64,000 bases of DNA from an uncultured Chloroflexia bacterium (GTDB lineage: Bacteria; Chloroflexota; Limnocylindria; Limnocylindrales; CSP1-4), in contig CAWBQM010000002.1 of assembly GCA_963790955.1 (NCBI GenBank), forward strand, positions 74,085 to 138,084, in the 5' to 3' direction. The notes below the pieces were generated by a model. It searched no databases. It was not told the origin of the DNA and saw only the letters and a list, made by a program, of their open reading frames with translations. The position numbers and the translations under genes are program-made. Positions 39,991 through 50,108 of the stretch are shown here, one piece after another. Position 1 is the stretch's first letter, and each line of letters begins with the position of its first letter.

Positions 39991-41216
39991 ATGTTCTACG
40001 TCAGCCGCGGGAACGTTCCGCACAAACGCCACACTCAGCACCGCTCGCCGAGCGGCGAGCTCTACGCCGAGGAGCTCTTCGGCATGGAGGGCTTCACCGG
40101 CCGCTCGTCGCTGCTCTACCACCTGGTACCGCCGACGCGCACGCACAAGGTCGAGCCGCTGCGCGAGATCAAGCCGCAGCTGGCTGACGACGGTTACCAC
40201 CACCATCGCCTGATCAAGACCGGCAGCGTCAACGCCGGCGGCAACGTGGTCGACGGCCGCATCCCACTTTTCTTCAACAACGACGTCGCTGATGGGCGTG
40301 GCCCAGCCCAACGAGAACCTGCCCGAGAACGTCTTCTACCGCAACGGCGAAGCCGACGAGCTGCTCTTCGTGCACCACGGCGAGGGGACGTTCGAAAGCG
40401 TATTCGGGCGCATGGACTACGGGCCGGGTGACTACATCGTCATCCCCATCGGCACCACCTGGCGCCTGGCGCAGAAGCCCGGGTCCGCCCATCGCTCCTG
40501 TACCTCGAATCGCCGACCGAGATCGTGCCGCCGCACCGCTACCGCAACGAGTGGGGCCAGCTGCTCGAGCACGCGCCCTTCTCGCAGCGCGACATCCGCG
40601 TACCGGACGAGACAGCGCCGCGCGCGGAAGCCGGCGATTTCGTGATCTGGGTCGAGTGCGCGGCCGCATCACCGCCTATCACTACCGCCATCATCCGCTC
40701 GACGTCGTCGGCTGGGACGGCTACCTGTACCCGTTCATCTTCAACATCGGCGACTTCGAGCCGATCACGGGCGCGTCCACCAGCCGCCGCCGGTGCACCA
40801 GACCTTTGCGGGGCGGAACTACGTCGTGTGCTCGTTCGTGCCGCGCAAGTTCGACTACCACCCGCTGGCGATCCCGGCGCCATACAACCATTCCAACATC
40901 AACAGCGACGAGGTCATCTATTACGTCGCCGGCAACTTCATGAGCCGGCGCGGCGTGGACATCTCGTCATTCACCGTTCATCCCGCCGGGATTCCGCATG
41001 GCCCGCACCCGGGCACGGTCGAAGCAGCATCGGCAAGGAGGGCACCGAGGAGCTGGCGGTCATGGTCGACACGTTCCACCCGCTCAGCCTGACGCCGCGA
41101 GGCGGCCGAGCTCGAGGATCCCTCGTACCCCTATTCGTGGTTGCCAGCCGGAGGGCGACGCCGCAGCCGAGGCGCGCCAGCTGGCCGAACGGGGCCCGGA
41201 GGCGTTCCCTGACTGA
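39991..41216 (+). pseudogene. hmgA: homogentisate 1,2-dioxygenase, interrupted by at least 7 frame changes
   Basis: GGAGGA lies 10 nt before ATG 39991. Consecutive good segments alternate frames: MFYVSRGNVPHKRHTQ..YHHHRLIKTG..RIPLFFNNDV / GVAQPNENLPENVFYRNGEADELLFVHHGEGTFESVFGRMDYGPGDYIVIPIGTTWRL / LYLESPTEIVPPHRYRNEWGQLLEHAPFSQRDIRVP / RITAYHYRHHPLDVVGWDGYLYPFIFNIGDFEPITG / HQTFAGRNYVVCSFVPRKFDYHPLAIPAPYNHSNINSDEVIYYVAGNF..HPAGIPHGPHPG / SIGKEGTEELAVMVDTFHPL / AAELEDPSYPYSWL / tail. Confidence 0.85.
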
Positions 41217-41283
41217 CCGGCTGCCGGCAGCGGGCCCCCCGGCGGCGCGGCCCGTACAAGCCGCCCGGGACGCCAGGCGCGAT

Positions 41284-41667
41284 GTGCCGGCGGTCCTGCG
41301 CTGGCTGCCTGTGCTGGCCTGGATGGCAGTGATCTTCGGTCTGTCGTCGATCCCGAACCTGCGCTTCGCGCCCGAGGATCTGCTCGACACGCTCATCCGC
41401 AAGACGGGCCACGCCGGCGTGTTCGGCATCCTGGCGCTGCTGCTGTTGTTCGCTCTCGGGCGACGCGATGGGGCGGCCCGGTTGGCGGTGCTCGGCAGCG
41501 CGCTCTACGCCATCAGCGATGAGTTCCACCAGGGCTTCGTGGCTGGGCGGCACCCATCGCAGATGGACACGGCGATCGACGCGATCGGAGCGACCTTGGC
41601 CCTGGTCGCGTATGGCGCCGCCCGGCGCTGGTGGCTTGGCCGCCGGAGCCGATCGGGATCGCGCTGA
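41284..41667 (+). CDS. VanZ-family membrane protein
   Basis: WMAVIFGLSSIP..KTGHAGVFGILALLL..AISDEFHQGFVAGRHPSQMD. The start is uncertain (GTG 41284). Confidence 0.7.
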   Translation: MPAVLRWLPVLAWMAVIFGLSSIPNLRFAPEDLLDTLIRKTGHAGVFGILALLLLFALGRRDGAARLAVLGSALYAISDEFHQGFVAGRHPSQMDTAIDAIGATLALVAYGAARRWWLGRRSRSGSR

Positions 41668-41702
41668 ACGTCATGGCACCGAGGGACGTGGCGGCCAGCG
41701 AC

Positions 41703-43037
41703 TCAGGGCCCCCATGGACTCCAGCTATACCAGTTGTAGGCGAGATCACCGGCACCGTCACCTTCGGCCACCGTGACCGCGTCGGTACCATCGCCGCTCG
41801 CGTGCATGATCGCGAGCGCGTCCGCGCCGCCGACGACCAGGCCGTCGCCGTCAGGCGACCACTGGGCGCAGCACATGCCGCCGGTTGCCTGCAGCGCCCG
41901 GAGGCCGGTGCCATCGGGATGCACGAGCAGCAGTCGATGCGACGAGCCATTGGGCAGGTCGATTCGGTCGAACAGAATCGAGGCCCCGTCTGGTGAGAAG
42001 CGCGCGCTCGTGATCCAGCCCCCATCCACGATCGACTGGAGCGGGCCGCCGGCCCTCGGTGTCACGTAGACCTGTGCCGAGCCGGCGGGGTTTCGGGCCG
42101 CGAAGGCGATCGTCGATCCGTCCGCTGACCAGGACGCGGGCGAGCCGAAGTCGAGCGTGACGACGGAGCCCTCCGGATTGAGACGACGCAGACCGCCGCC
42201 ATCGACCCCGACGACATACAGGTCGCCCTCGTCCGGGGAGCCGTCGGGAACGTTCACGCGGTCGAACAAGAGCTGCGAGCCATCCGGCGAGAATGCCAGC
42301 GGCACGTCGCCGCCGCCGTCCGCATTCGTGGTCAGGCGCGCCAGGCCGCCACCGTCGCTCGAGCGCCCGACATAGATCCCATTTCGGGTCGGGTCCGCGT
42401 CATCCGCGAGCTGGAACGCCAGGTGGCTCCCGTCGGGTGACCAGGCGCGCGCGTCGGCATCGGTGATCCCCGTGTCCATGGTGAACGCTCGGTAGCCGCT
42501 GCCGTCGATGCCCATCACGGCGGTCGTGAACCGCCCGGGTCCGGCCGGTACGGACAGGGCCACCAGCCTGCCATCTGGCGAGAGCACCGCGCAGCAGGCG
42601 CCGTCGGGGCCCAGCGGGTGCTCGTCGGTGCCGTCCGCGGCAACGGCATACGCGCGATCGTCGCCGTTCGCGTTCCGCACGTTGAAGACGAGCGTTCCGG
42701 TGAGGGCCGGTAGGGATGGTGCAGCCGGGCTCGGGCTCGGCGTCGGCACGATCGAAGGCGATGGCGAGCCGCCGATGCCCGTGCCTGGCACCGTGCGCAA
42801 CGCACCGACGCCAAGGGCCCCGATGATGACGAGCCCGACAGCGCCGGCCGCCAGTGCAAGCCGTGTGTTCGAAAGCATCCGTCTGATCCTCCACGAGGCG
42901 CGCCAGGCGCCCCGACGTGGGCTGCGTTGAATGTCGAGGAGGGCGGCGTCGAGCACTCGTTCGGGCAGGACGTCCGTGCCCGTGGCCAGCCAACGGTCAA
43001 GGACGCGCCCGATGTCGATGTCGTCGTCGTGCTTCAT
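41703..43037 (-). CDS. single-pass membrane protein with PD40/TolB-like beta-propeller (putative anti-sigma partner)
   Basis: ATGA overlap with the sigma factor stop. N-terminus MKHDDDIDIGRVLDRWL.., TM helix LALAAGAVGLVIIGALGVG, Pro/Ser linker, then repeated SPDG blades. Confidence 0.8.
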   Translation of the reverse strand: MKHDDDIDIGRVLDRWLATGTDVLPERVLDAALLDIQRSPRRGAWRASWRIRRMLSNTRLALAAGAVGLVIIGALGVGALRTVPGTGIGGSPSPSIVPTPSPSPAAPSLPALTGTLVFNVRNANGDDRAYAVAADGTDEHPLGPDGACCAVLSPDGRLVALSVPAGPGRFTTAVMGIDGSGYRAFTMDTGITDADARAWSPDGSHLAFQLADDADPTRNGIYVGRSSDGGGLARLTTNADGGGDVPLAFSPDGSQLLFDRVNVPDGSPDEGDLYVVGVDGGGLRRLNPEGSVVTLDFGSPASWSADGSTIAFAARNPAGSAQVYVTPRAGGPLQSIVDGGWITSARFSPDGASILFDRIDLPNGSSHRLLLVHPDGTGLRALQATGGMCCAQWSPDGDGLVVGGADALAIMHASGDGTDAVTVAEGDGAGDLAYNWYSWSPWGP

Positions 43038-43591
43038 GCCAGCCGTCCTCCGGCCACCGCGACACGCTCGTCCGCTTCGAGGGCGGCACGCATTGCGCGA
43101 TGGGCATAGTGGAGTCGCGAGCGGACCGTTCCGGCGGGGATCCCGAGCGTATCGGCGATCTCCGCCGGTTCGAGTCCGATGTAGTGATGCAGAGCGAGCA
43201 CCGCCCGCTGCTCGGTGGGTAGCCGGCGGAAGGCTCGATCGAGCCGGTCGCGGTCGATCACGGCCAGCGCCGGATCGATCACCTGCGGAGCGGGCGCATC
43301 GATGCCCGCTTCCGCCTGGACCAGCGCCAGTCGTCGCCGGGTCCGGGCAGCCTCGTAGCAGCAGCGGACGAGGATTTGGGTCAACCAGGCCTCGAACCGG
43401 TCCGGATCGCGAAGCCGCGGCAGCTCGCGCCAGGCGATGACCAGCGCTTGCTGCACGGCGTCCTCGGCCAGATCGAAGTCGCGGAGGATTCGTCGAGCAA
43501 GGCCGAACTGCCGGTCTCCGTACGCGCGAACGATGAGGACGAACGCGTCCGTATCGCCCTGCTGCGCCCGCCGTACGAGATCGCCGTTCAA
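43034..43591 (-). CDS. ECF-type RNA polymerase sigma-70 family factor
   Basis: TTG start with GGAGGG 8 nt upstream. Region 2 is AEDAVQQALVIAWRELPRL..FEAWLTQILVRCC. Region 4 is EPAEIADTLGIPAGTVRSRLHYAHR. Confidence 0.9.
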   Translation of the reverse strand: MNGDLVRRAQQGDTDAFVLIVRAYGDRQFGLARRILRDFDLAEDAVQQALVIAWRELPRLRDPDRFEAWLTQILVRCCYEAARTRRRLALVQAEAGIDAPAPQVIDPALAVIDRDRLDRAFRRLPTEQRAVLALHHYIGLEPAEIADTLGIPAGTVRSRLHYAHRAMRAALEADERVAVAGGRLA

Positions 43592-43695
43592 CCGCCATCC
43601 CTCCAGGCGCGTCGTCGTCGACGCGTCTATCAGTTCAGAGGGATGATCATCAGCGAGCGTTCAATCGGGGCGTGCGTCTCCGCGCCCGGCCCACG

Positions 43696-44331
43696 TCACG
43701 GGACCCTTGGCATCTCCGCCTCGACACCGGAGCCGGATCCTCCGAGCCGCTCGATCGTCGCCAGCCAGGCCTCCGCACCCACGTCATGCCAGCGCGTCGC
43801 GAACCGCTCGGGCTCGATCGAGCGGACGTCCCAGCCGTGGGCGAAGGCGGCACGGATCTCGGCCTGCGTGACCCGGCGCGGGCCGCCGTCCCACGGCTCG
43901 CGTTCGCTGAAGCACAGCAGGCTCAGGCGGGCACCGGGCGCGATGACCCGGCGCAGGCTTGCCACGTAGCGCGGACGGAGCTCGTCGCTGAACGTGTGGA
44001 ACAGGCCGCAGTCGAGGACGCTCTCGAACGATCGCTCGAGAGCGCTCAGGTCGAGCGCATCCGCCGCCCGGAAGTCGACGACGAGTCCGCGAGCGGCGGC
44101 CTTGGCCCGGGCTCGCTCGATCGCAGTCGGGGCGAGGTCAACCCCGGTCGCGTCGACCCCGAGTGAGGCCGCGAGCAGCGTGTTCTCGCCGGTGCCACAG
44201 CCGGCGTCGAGGAACCTCGATCGGAACGCGCCGGCCTCCGCGAGCCGCACCACGGCCGGTTGTGGGCGGCCGATGTCCCACGGCGGCCGGCCGTCAACGT
44301 ACACGGCGTTCCAGCGCTCGGCGGCGGTCAC
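43696..44331 (-). CDS. SAM-dependent methyltransferase (TPMT/TehB-like)
   Basis: WDIGRPQPAVV, FLDAGCGTGENTLLAA and VLDCGLFH are present. Confidence 0.8.
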   Translation of the reverse strand: MTAAERWNAVYVDGRPPWDIGRPQPAVVRLAEAGAFRSRFLDAGCGTGENTLLAASLGVDATGVDLAPTAIERARAKAAARGLVVDFRAADALDLSALERSFESVLDCGLFHTFSDELRPRYVASLRRVIAPGARLSLLCFSEREPWDGGPRRVTQAEIRAAFAHGWDVRSIEPERFATRWHDVGAEAWLATIERLGGSGSGVEAEMPRVP

Positions 44332-44550
44332 CCTGGGATGGTGTCACACCCGGCGTTAGCAGGGTTTCGGCCTGCGGACCTCGTCCCCGCCGGCCGGGAA
44401 TGCGGACACGGTCGCGGGCCTGCCGGACCCGTTGCAGCCTCGCCCATCTCCGCGGTGGCGCATGATCTCGCCGGACCCTGCCCGCCCCGGACACTCGCCC
44501 GCGCGAAGCCGCATGGCGCCTGTCGTGTTCGCCAGCAGCCGAGGAGAACG

Positions 44551-45348
44551 ATGACCGATCGTCCACCCACCGCCGCCCTGCCCGTCGATACGGGCATCGC
44601 ACGACGCGTCCGCGACGGGGCGGTCGTGTTCGGCGCGTTCATCCAGCTCGATTCGCCGCTCGCCGCCGAGCTCGCCGGTCGGGCCGGGCTGGACTGGCTG
44701 CTGGTCGACCTCGAGCACGGGACCGCGACCGACGCCAGCGTCGCCGCCCATCTGATGGCCGTCGAGGGATCCGGCGCCGCCGCGCTCGTGCGTGTCGAGG
44801 AGGGGACGCGTCTCAGGATCGGGCGTGTGCTCGACCTGGGCGCCGAGGGCGTCATGATCCCGAGACTCGACGACGTCGAGCGCATCCGCGAGCTCGCCGC
44901 CTGGCTGCGCTACCCGCCGGCCGGCGGGCGGGGTCTGGCCCTGCTGACCCGCGGCGCGGGTCTCGGCGAGGTCGGCCACGCGGATGTCCCGCGGCTCAAC
45001 AGGCGCGTGCTCGGGATCGTGCAGATCGAAAGCGCCCGCGCCGTGGCGGCCGCCCGCGAGATCGCCTCGATCGACAACATCGACGTGCTGTTCGTGGGGC
45101 CGACCGACCTGTCGCATGCGCTCGGGGTGCCCGGCCGCTTCGAGGACGTCACGTTCGTCGAGGCCCTGCGGACCGTCGTCGAAGCGTGCCGCGCGACGGG
45201 TCGTGCTGCCGGCATCCTGGTCCGGACCGGTGCCGACGCAGCACGCTATCTGGACATGGGTTTCCGCTTCGTCGGTGTCGGCTCGGACGCGGGCTTCATC
45301 GTCGACGGCGCCCGGGCAGCGCTCGCCGCCGCGACGGGGGCGGGCTGA
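44551..45348 (+). CDS. HpcH/HpaI-family aldolase
   Basis: GAGGAG lies 5 nt upstream. LDWLLVDLEHG, VRV, GAEGVMIPR, GIVQIESARAV and DVLFVGPTDLS are present. Confidence 0.8.
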   Translation: MTDRPPTAALPVDTGIARRVRDGAVVFGAFIQLDSPLAAELAGRAGLDWLLVDLEHGTATDASVAAHLMAVEGSGAAALVRVEEGTRLRIGRVLDLGAEGVMIPRLDDVERIRELAAWLRYPPAGGRGLALLTRGAGLGEVGHADVPRLNRRVLGIVQIESARAVAAAREIASIDNIDVLFVGPTDLSHALGVPGRFEDVTFVEALRTVVEACRATGRAAGILVRTGADAARYLDMGFRFVGVGSDAGFIVDGARAALAAATGAG

Positions 45349-45394
45349 GCGAGGCACCCGGACGGGGGCGAGAGGGCCCAGCCCTCCCTCCGCG

Positions 45395-46372
45395 TCACTC
45401 GTCGGCGATGCGCAGCGGTGGGCGCGCGACGCGCAGCGCACCGTCCGGCGCGGTTTGCGATAGCAGGACGCCGGCGATGATGAGCACGCCGCCGAGCAGC
45501 TGGACGGGGCCCAGGCGCTCGCCGAGGAGGGCGGCCGCGAGACTGATCGTCCAGATCGGCTCGACGGTGCTCACGAGCGACGCCTGTGCCGCGCCGACCC
45601 GCCGCGTTCCGGCATAGAACGTCTGGATTGCGAGGAACGAGGTCACGACCCCGACTCCGACGATGCCGGGCCAGGCATCGAGCGCTATGGCCGCGGGCGC
45701 GAACGGGTGGGCCGTCGTCAGGCTGATGACGAGATACCCGCCGAATGTGCCGCTGATCATGAGCGCGGACGCGGCGGCCGGCCCGACGCCGGTGGAGTGG
45801 TCGCCCACACGATCGTCGCGCTCCCCAGAGTAGCGCGCCGAGAGCACGATCCAGACCGCGTAGATGAACGGCGACGCGATTGCGAGCACGAGCCCGCTGA
45901 TCGGCGGCCGTGTGGCGGGATCGATGCCACCCACCGCGAGGATGACGCCGAGGAGCGCGAGCCCCAGCGCAGCCCATGCGCGGCGACCCTCGAGCGCCCG
46001 GCCGATACGCAGGGACAGCACGGCCACGAGTGCCGGGTACACGTACACGATCAACGCGGCCAGGGATGCGGGAACGGTCTGGATCGCGGCGAAGTAGGTC
46101 GCGCTGTTGCCGAGATACATGAGCCCGAGCAGGATCGCGGCGGCCACCTCGCGACGCCGAAGACCCACCAGTTCGACGCGGCGCGATCCGGCGCTGAGCA
46201 GCCACAGCCAGGCCAGAACGGCCCCGATGCCGAATTGCCACGTCAGCAGCGTCAGGAAGTCGACGCCGGCCGCGTACACCGGCTTGGCGAACAGCGCACC
46301 CGAGCCGAACGAGCACGCGGAGACGACCACGAGCAGCAGCCCGACCAGATGCCGCCGCTCCTTCGCCTCCAC
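45395..46372 (-). CDS. EamA/DMT-family transporter
   Basis: Ten TM helices in two EamA halves (LLVVVSACSFGSGALFAK.., YAGTRRVGAAQASLVSTVEPIWT). GTG 46372 is chosen as the start. Confidence 0.8.
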   Translation of the reverse strand: MEAKERRHLVGLLLVVVSACSFGSGALFAKPVYAAGVDFLTLLTWQFGIGAVLAWLWLLSAGSRRVELVGLRRREVAAAILLGLMYLGNSATYFAAIQTVPASLAALIVYVYPALVAVLSLRIGRALEGRRAWAALGLALLGVILAVGGIDPATRPPISGLVLAIASPFIYAVWIVLSARYSGERDDRVGDHSTGVGPAAASALMISGTFGGYLVISLTTAHPFAPAAIALDAWPGIVGVGVVTSFLAIQTFYAGTRRVGAAQASLVSTVEPIWTISLAAALLGERLGPVQLLGGVLIIAGVLLSQTAPDGALRVARPPLRIADE

Positions 46373-46508
46373 GGCGTCGAGGCTAGCAAAGCACGTTGGA
46401 CGGCTCGCGCTCGTGGCGCCGCCCGCTCGTGGCCCGGGCGGCCGCGGTGAGCCGGACCATCTCTCGCCTGTCGATCCCGGGGCTCGGCGCCGACCGACTG
46501 TTGGGTAC

Positions 46509-47072
46509 ATGCTCGATGCGGCGCCTTCGAACGGGATGCGCCGTACACTTTCGAACGTGACCGAAACCTCGGAGCGAGCTGCGACCGAAGAGGCCGTCGC
46601 CGCTCGGATCCCATCGCTCCTCGACGAGCCGCTGCGCACCTTGAACCGCGGGACCCCGCTGACCGTGCCGCCCGGTACCAGCCTGGCCGAGTGCCTGCGG
46701 GCGATCCAGCGCTCGGGCGTCGGCGATTCGGTCGTCGTGGCCGATCGCGACGGGCGTTTGCACGGCGTGCTCACCGAACGCGACATCTTCGGGCGCCTCG
46801 TCGGCGTTGAAACCGATCTGAGCCAACCGGTCGAAGCCCTGATGAACAGCGAGCCCCACACCCTGCGGCTCGATCAGGCCGTGCGGGACGCGATGCGGCT
46901 CATGCAGAACGGGAGCTTCCGGAACGTTCCGCTCGTCGACGACGACGGTGTGGTGGTCGGCATCGTGCGTCAGCAAGACCTGCTCCGGGCGCTCGCCGAG
47001 TCGTTTCCGGAGGAGCTGTTGAACCTCCCGCCACGGCCGCACCAGCGTATGGAGGAATCGGAAGGGGCGTGA
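46509..47072 (+). CDS. CBS-pair domain protein
   Basis: Two CBS motifs are present (VVVADRDGRLHGVLTERDIF; VPLVDDDGVVVGIVRQQDLL). Its stop overlaps the korA GTG as GTGA. Confidence 0.8.
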   Translation: MLDAAPSNGMRRTLSNVTETSERAATEEAVAARIPSLLDEPLRTLNRGTPLTVPPGTSLAECLRAIQRSGVGDSVVVADRDGRLHGVLTERDIFGRLVGVETDLSQPVEALMNSEPHTLRLDQAVRDAMRLMQNGSFRNVPLVDDDGVVVGIVRQQDLLRALAESFPEELLNLPPRPHQRMEESEGA

Positions 47073-49057
47073 CCGACACCAAGGATCCCGAGCTCAACGT
47101 CCGCGACCTGGAACGCGTCACCATCCGGTTCGCCGGCGATTCCGGCGACGGCATGCAGCTCACCGGCACCCAGTTCACCCGGACCGCGGCCGTCTTCGGC
47201 AACGATGTCAGCACGCTGCCCGACTATCCGGCTGAGATCCGGGCACCGGCCGGCAGCCTGCCGGGCGTGTCGGGCTTTCAGATCAGCTTCAGCTCGGCCG
47301 ATATCCACACCCCCGGTGACGAGCCGGACGTGCTCGTGGCGATGAACCCGGCCGCGCTCAAGACGAATGTGGCCGATCTTCCCGCGGGCGGGGCGCTGAT
47401 CGTGAACGGCGACGCGTTCACGTCCCAGAACCTGCAGAAGGCGGCCTACGAGAGCAACCCGCTGACCGACGGTTCGCTCAAGCAGTACTCCGTCTTCGAG
47501 ATTCCGATCTCGACCCTCAATGCGCGTGCGCTCGAGGGTCTGGACATGACCTCCAAGCAGGTCGACCTCACGAAGAACTTCTTCGCGCTCGGGATCATGT
47601 TCTGGCTATACGAGCGGGACATGACGCCGACGCTGACGTGGATCGACTCGAAGTTCGGGGCCCGGCCCGTGATCGCAGAGGCCAACCGGCGCTCGCTCAA
47701 GGCCGGCTACGCGTTCGGCGAGACGACCGAGCTGTTCCACACGAGCTACCGCGTTGCGCCGGCCAAGCTGCCGTCGGGCACATATCGGAACATCACCGGC
47801 AACGAGGCCACGGCGCTGGGCTTCCTGGCCGCCTCGCAGCTCGCCCATCGCGAGCTCGTGTACTGCAGCTACCCGATCACGCCCGCGTCTGACATCCTCC
47901 ACCAGCTGTCGGGCTACAAGAGCTTCGGGGTCAAGACGTTCCAGGCCGAGGACGAGATCGCGGCGATGGGCGCGGCGATCGGCGCGAGCTACGGCGGAGC
48001 CCTCGGCCTCACCGGCACCTCCGGACCGGGCATGGCGCTCAAGAGCGAGGCCATGAATCTCGCGGTGATGGTCGAGCTGCCGGTCGTCATCGTCGACGTC
48101 CAGCGGGCCGGCCCATCGACCGGCATGCCGACCAAGACCGAGCAGTCGGACCTGCTCCAGGCGATGTTCGGGCGCAATGGCGATTCGCCGATCCCGATCG
48201 TCGCGCCCGCGACCCCGGCGGAGTGCTTCGATTACGCGATCGAGGCCTGGCGCATCGCGCTCACGTACATGACGCCCGTCGTGTACCTCTCGGACGCGTT
48301 CCTGGCCACCGGCGCCGAGCCGTGGCGCATCCCGGACGTTGCCGATCTGCCGGGCATCGGGATCGAGAATGCCACGGATCCGTCGACGTTCCGCCCCTAC
48401 GAGCGCGACCCCCGCACCCTGGCACGGCCGTGGGCGGTGCCTGGCACGCCCGGGCTCGAGCACCGCATCGGTGGTCTCGAGAAGGCGGATGTCACGGGCA
48501 ACGTGAGCTACGACCCGGACAATCACCACCGGATGCAGCTCCTGCGCGCAGAGAAGGTCGCGCGCATCGCGGACGACATCCCCGACCTGCAGGTGTTCGG
48601 TCCGGACGAGGGCGACCTGCTCATCCTGGGCTGGGGCTCGACGTACGGCTCGATCCGCTCGGCGGTCGAGCGGCTCCAGGCGGACGGCCACAGCGTCGCG
48701 CACGCTCACCTGCGTCACGTCAACCCGCTACCCCGCAACACCGAGCAGGTGCTTCGCTCGTACCGCCGCGTGCTGCTGCCGGAGATCAACCTCGGGCAGC
48801 TCGCGCTCCTGCTCCGAGCCCGCTATCTGCTCGACATCGAGAGCTACAACCTCGTTCGCGGCAAGCCGTTCAAGATCAGCGACATCGTCGCCCAGGCCGA
48901 GCGAATCCTCGACGCTCGGACGAAAGGTTCGCAGACTGAACATCGTGGGACCAACGGTTCGCAGGTCCAGCATCCTCGGACCAACGGCTCGCAGGAGCAG
49001 CGCCTTGGTCCTCGGAGCAAGCGTGCCGAGTCGGAAATTGAAGGTGGCGAGAAATGA
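47069..49057 (+). CDS. korA: 2-oxoglutarate/2-oxoacid:ferredoxin oxidoreductase alpha (fused gamma-alpha) subunit
   Basis: RFAGDSGDGMQLTG, YPITPASDI, GPGMALKSE and QRAGPSTGMPTKTEQSDL are present. The C-terminal tail is low-complexity (TNGSQ repeats). Confidence 0.95.
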   Translation: MTDTKDPELNVRDLERVTIRFAGDSGDGMQLTGTQFTRTAAVFGNDVSTLPDYPAEIRAPAGSLPGVSGFQISFSSADIHTPGDEPDVLVAMNPAALKTNVADLPAGGALIVNGDAFTSQNLQKAAYESNPLTDGSLKQYSVFEIPISTLNARALEGLDMTSKQVDLTKNFFALGIMFWLYERDMTPTLTWIDSKFGARPVIAEANRRSLKAGYAFGETTELFHTSYRVAPAKLPSGTYRNITGNEATALGFLAASQLAHRELVYCSYPITPASDILHQLSGYKSFGVKTFQAEDEIAAMGAAIGASYGGALGLTGTSGPGMALKSEAMNLAVMVELPVVIVDVQRAGPSTGMPTKTEQSDLLQAMFGRNGDSPIPIVAPATPAECFDYAIEAWRIALTYMTPVVYLSDAFLATGAEPWRIPDVADLPGIGIENATDPSTFRPYERDPRTLARPWAVPGTPGLEHRIGGLEKADVTGNVSYDPDNHHRMQLLRAEKVARIADDIPDLQVFGPDEGDLLILGWGSTYGSIRSAVERLQADGHSVAHAHLRHVNPLPRNTEQVLRSYRRVLLPEINLGQLALLLRARYLLDIESYNLVRGKPFKISDIVAQAERILDARTKGSQTEHRGTNGSQVQHPRTNGSQEQRLGPRSKRAESEIEGGEK

Positions 49058-50088
49058 GTGAGCAGATGACCCAGACGCCGCCGATCAAGCTCACCCGCAA
49101 GGACTTCGTGTCCGATCAAGAGGTGCGCTGGTGCCCGGGCTGCGGCGACTACTCGATCCTCGCCCAGACCCAGAAGATCATGCCCGACTTCGGGGTCCCG
49201 AAGGAGAAGATCGTGTTCATCAGTGGGATCGGCTGCTCGGGCCGCTTCCCGTATTACATGAACACGTACGGCTTCCACTCCATCCACGGCCGAGCGCCGA
49301 CGCTGGCGACCGGGCTCAAGGCGGCCCGGCCGGACCTCATGCTGTGGGTCGTCACCGGCGACGGTGACGCGCTCTCGATCGGCGGCAACCACGTGCTCCA
49401 CGCCATGCGCCGCAACGTCGATCTGCGCCTGATCATGTTCAACAACCGGATCTATGGCCTGACCAAGGGCCAGGCGAGTCCCACCTCCGAGCTCGGCAAG
49501 CGCACGAAGTCGAGCCCCGCCGGCACGATCGATCAGCCCATCCAGCCATTGACCGTGGCTCTCGCCGCCGAGGCGACCTTCGTGGCTCGCTCGGTCGACA
49601 CGCACACGGAGCACATGCAGTCCACCATCGAGCTGGCCGGCCGCCATCACGGCTCGGCGTTCGTCGAGGTCCTCCAGAACTGCAACATCTTCAACGACGG
49701 CGCGTGGCGCGACTTCACCGACCGCGAGGTTCGCGAAGACCGCATGCTCGTGCTCGTGCACGGCAAGGCCATGATCTTCGGCAAGGACCGCGACAAGGGC
49801 ATCCGCCTGCGGGGGCTGACACCCGAGGTAGTCACCATCGGCGAGGACGGCGTGACGGAGTCGGACCTGCTCGTCCACGACGCGCATGCCGAGCAGCCCT
49901 ACCTGGCGCTGATGCTGTCGCGCATGTGGTGGCCGGAGTTCCCGGTCCCCGTCGGCGTGTTCCGGGACGTCGAACGACCGACCCACGACGCGCTGCTGAC
50001 CGGCCAGATCGACGATGCGATCGCGCGAAGCGGCCCGGGCGATCTGACCGGGGCCCTTCGAAGCGGCGAAACGTGGGTGGTCGACTGA
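49054..50088 (+). CDS. korB: 2-oxoacid:ferredoxin oxidoreductase beta (TPP-binding) subunit
   Basis: ATGA overlap with korA. WCPGCGDYSIL, GIGCSGRFPYY, GDGDALSIGGNH and NNRIYGLTKGQ are present. Confidence 0.95.
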   Translation: MSEQMTQTPPIKLTRKDFVSDQEVRWCPGCGDYSILAQTQKIMPDFGVPKEKIVFISGIGCSGRFPYYMNTYGFHSIHGRAPTLATGLKAARPDLMLWVVTGDGDALSIGGNHVLHAMRRNVDLRLIMFNNRIYGLTKGQASPTSELGKRTKSSPAGTIDQPIQPLTVALAAEATFVARSVDTHTEHMQSTIELAGRHHGSAFVEVLQNCNIFNDGAWRDFTDREVREDRMLVLVHGKAMIFGKDRDKGIRLRGLTPEVVTIGEDGVTESDLLVHDAHAEQPYLALMLSRMWWPEFPVPVGVFRDVERPTHDALLTGQIDDAIARSGPGDLTGALRSGETWVVD

Positions 50089-50108
50089 CCAACGGAGGAG
50101 GATCGTCC

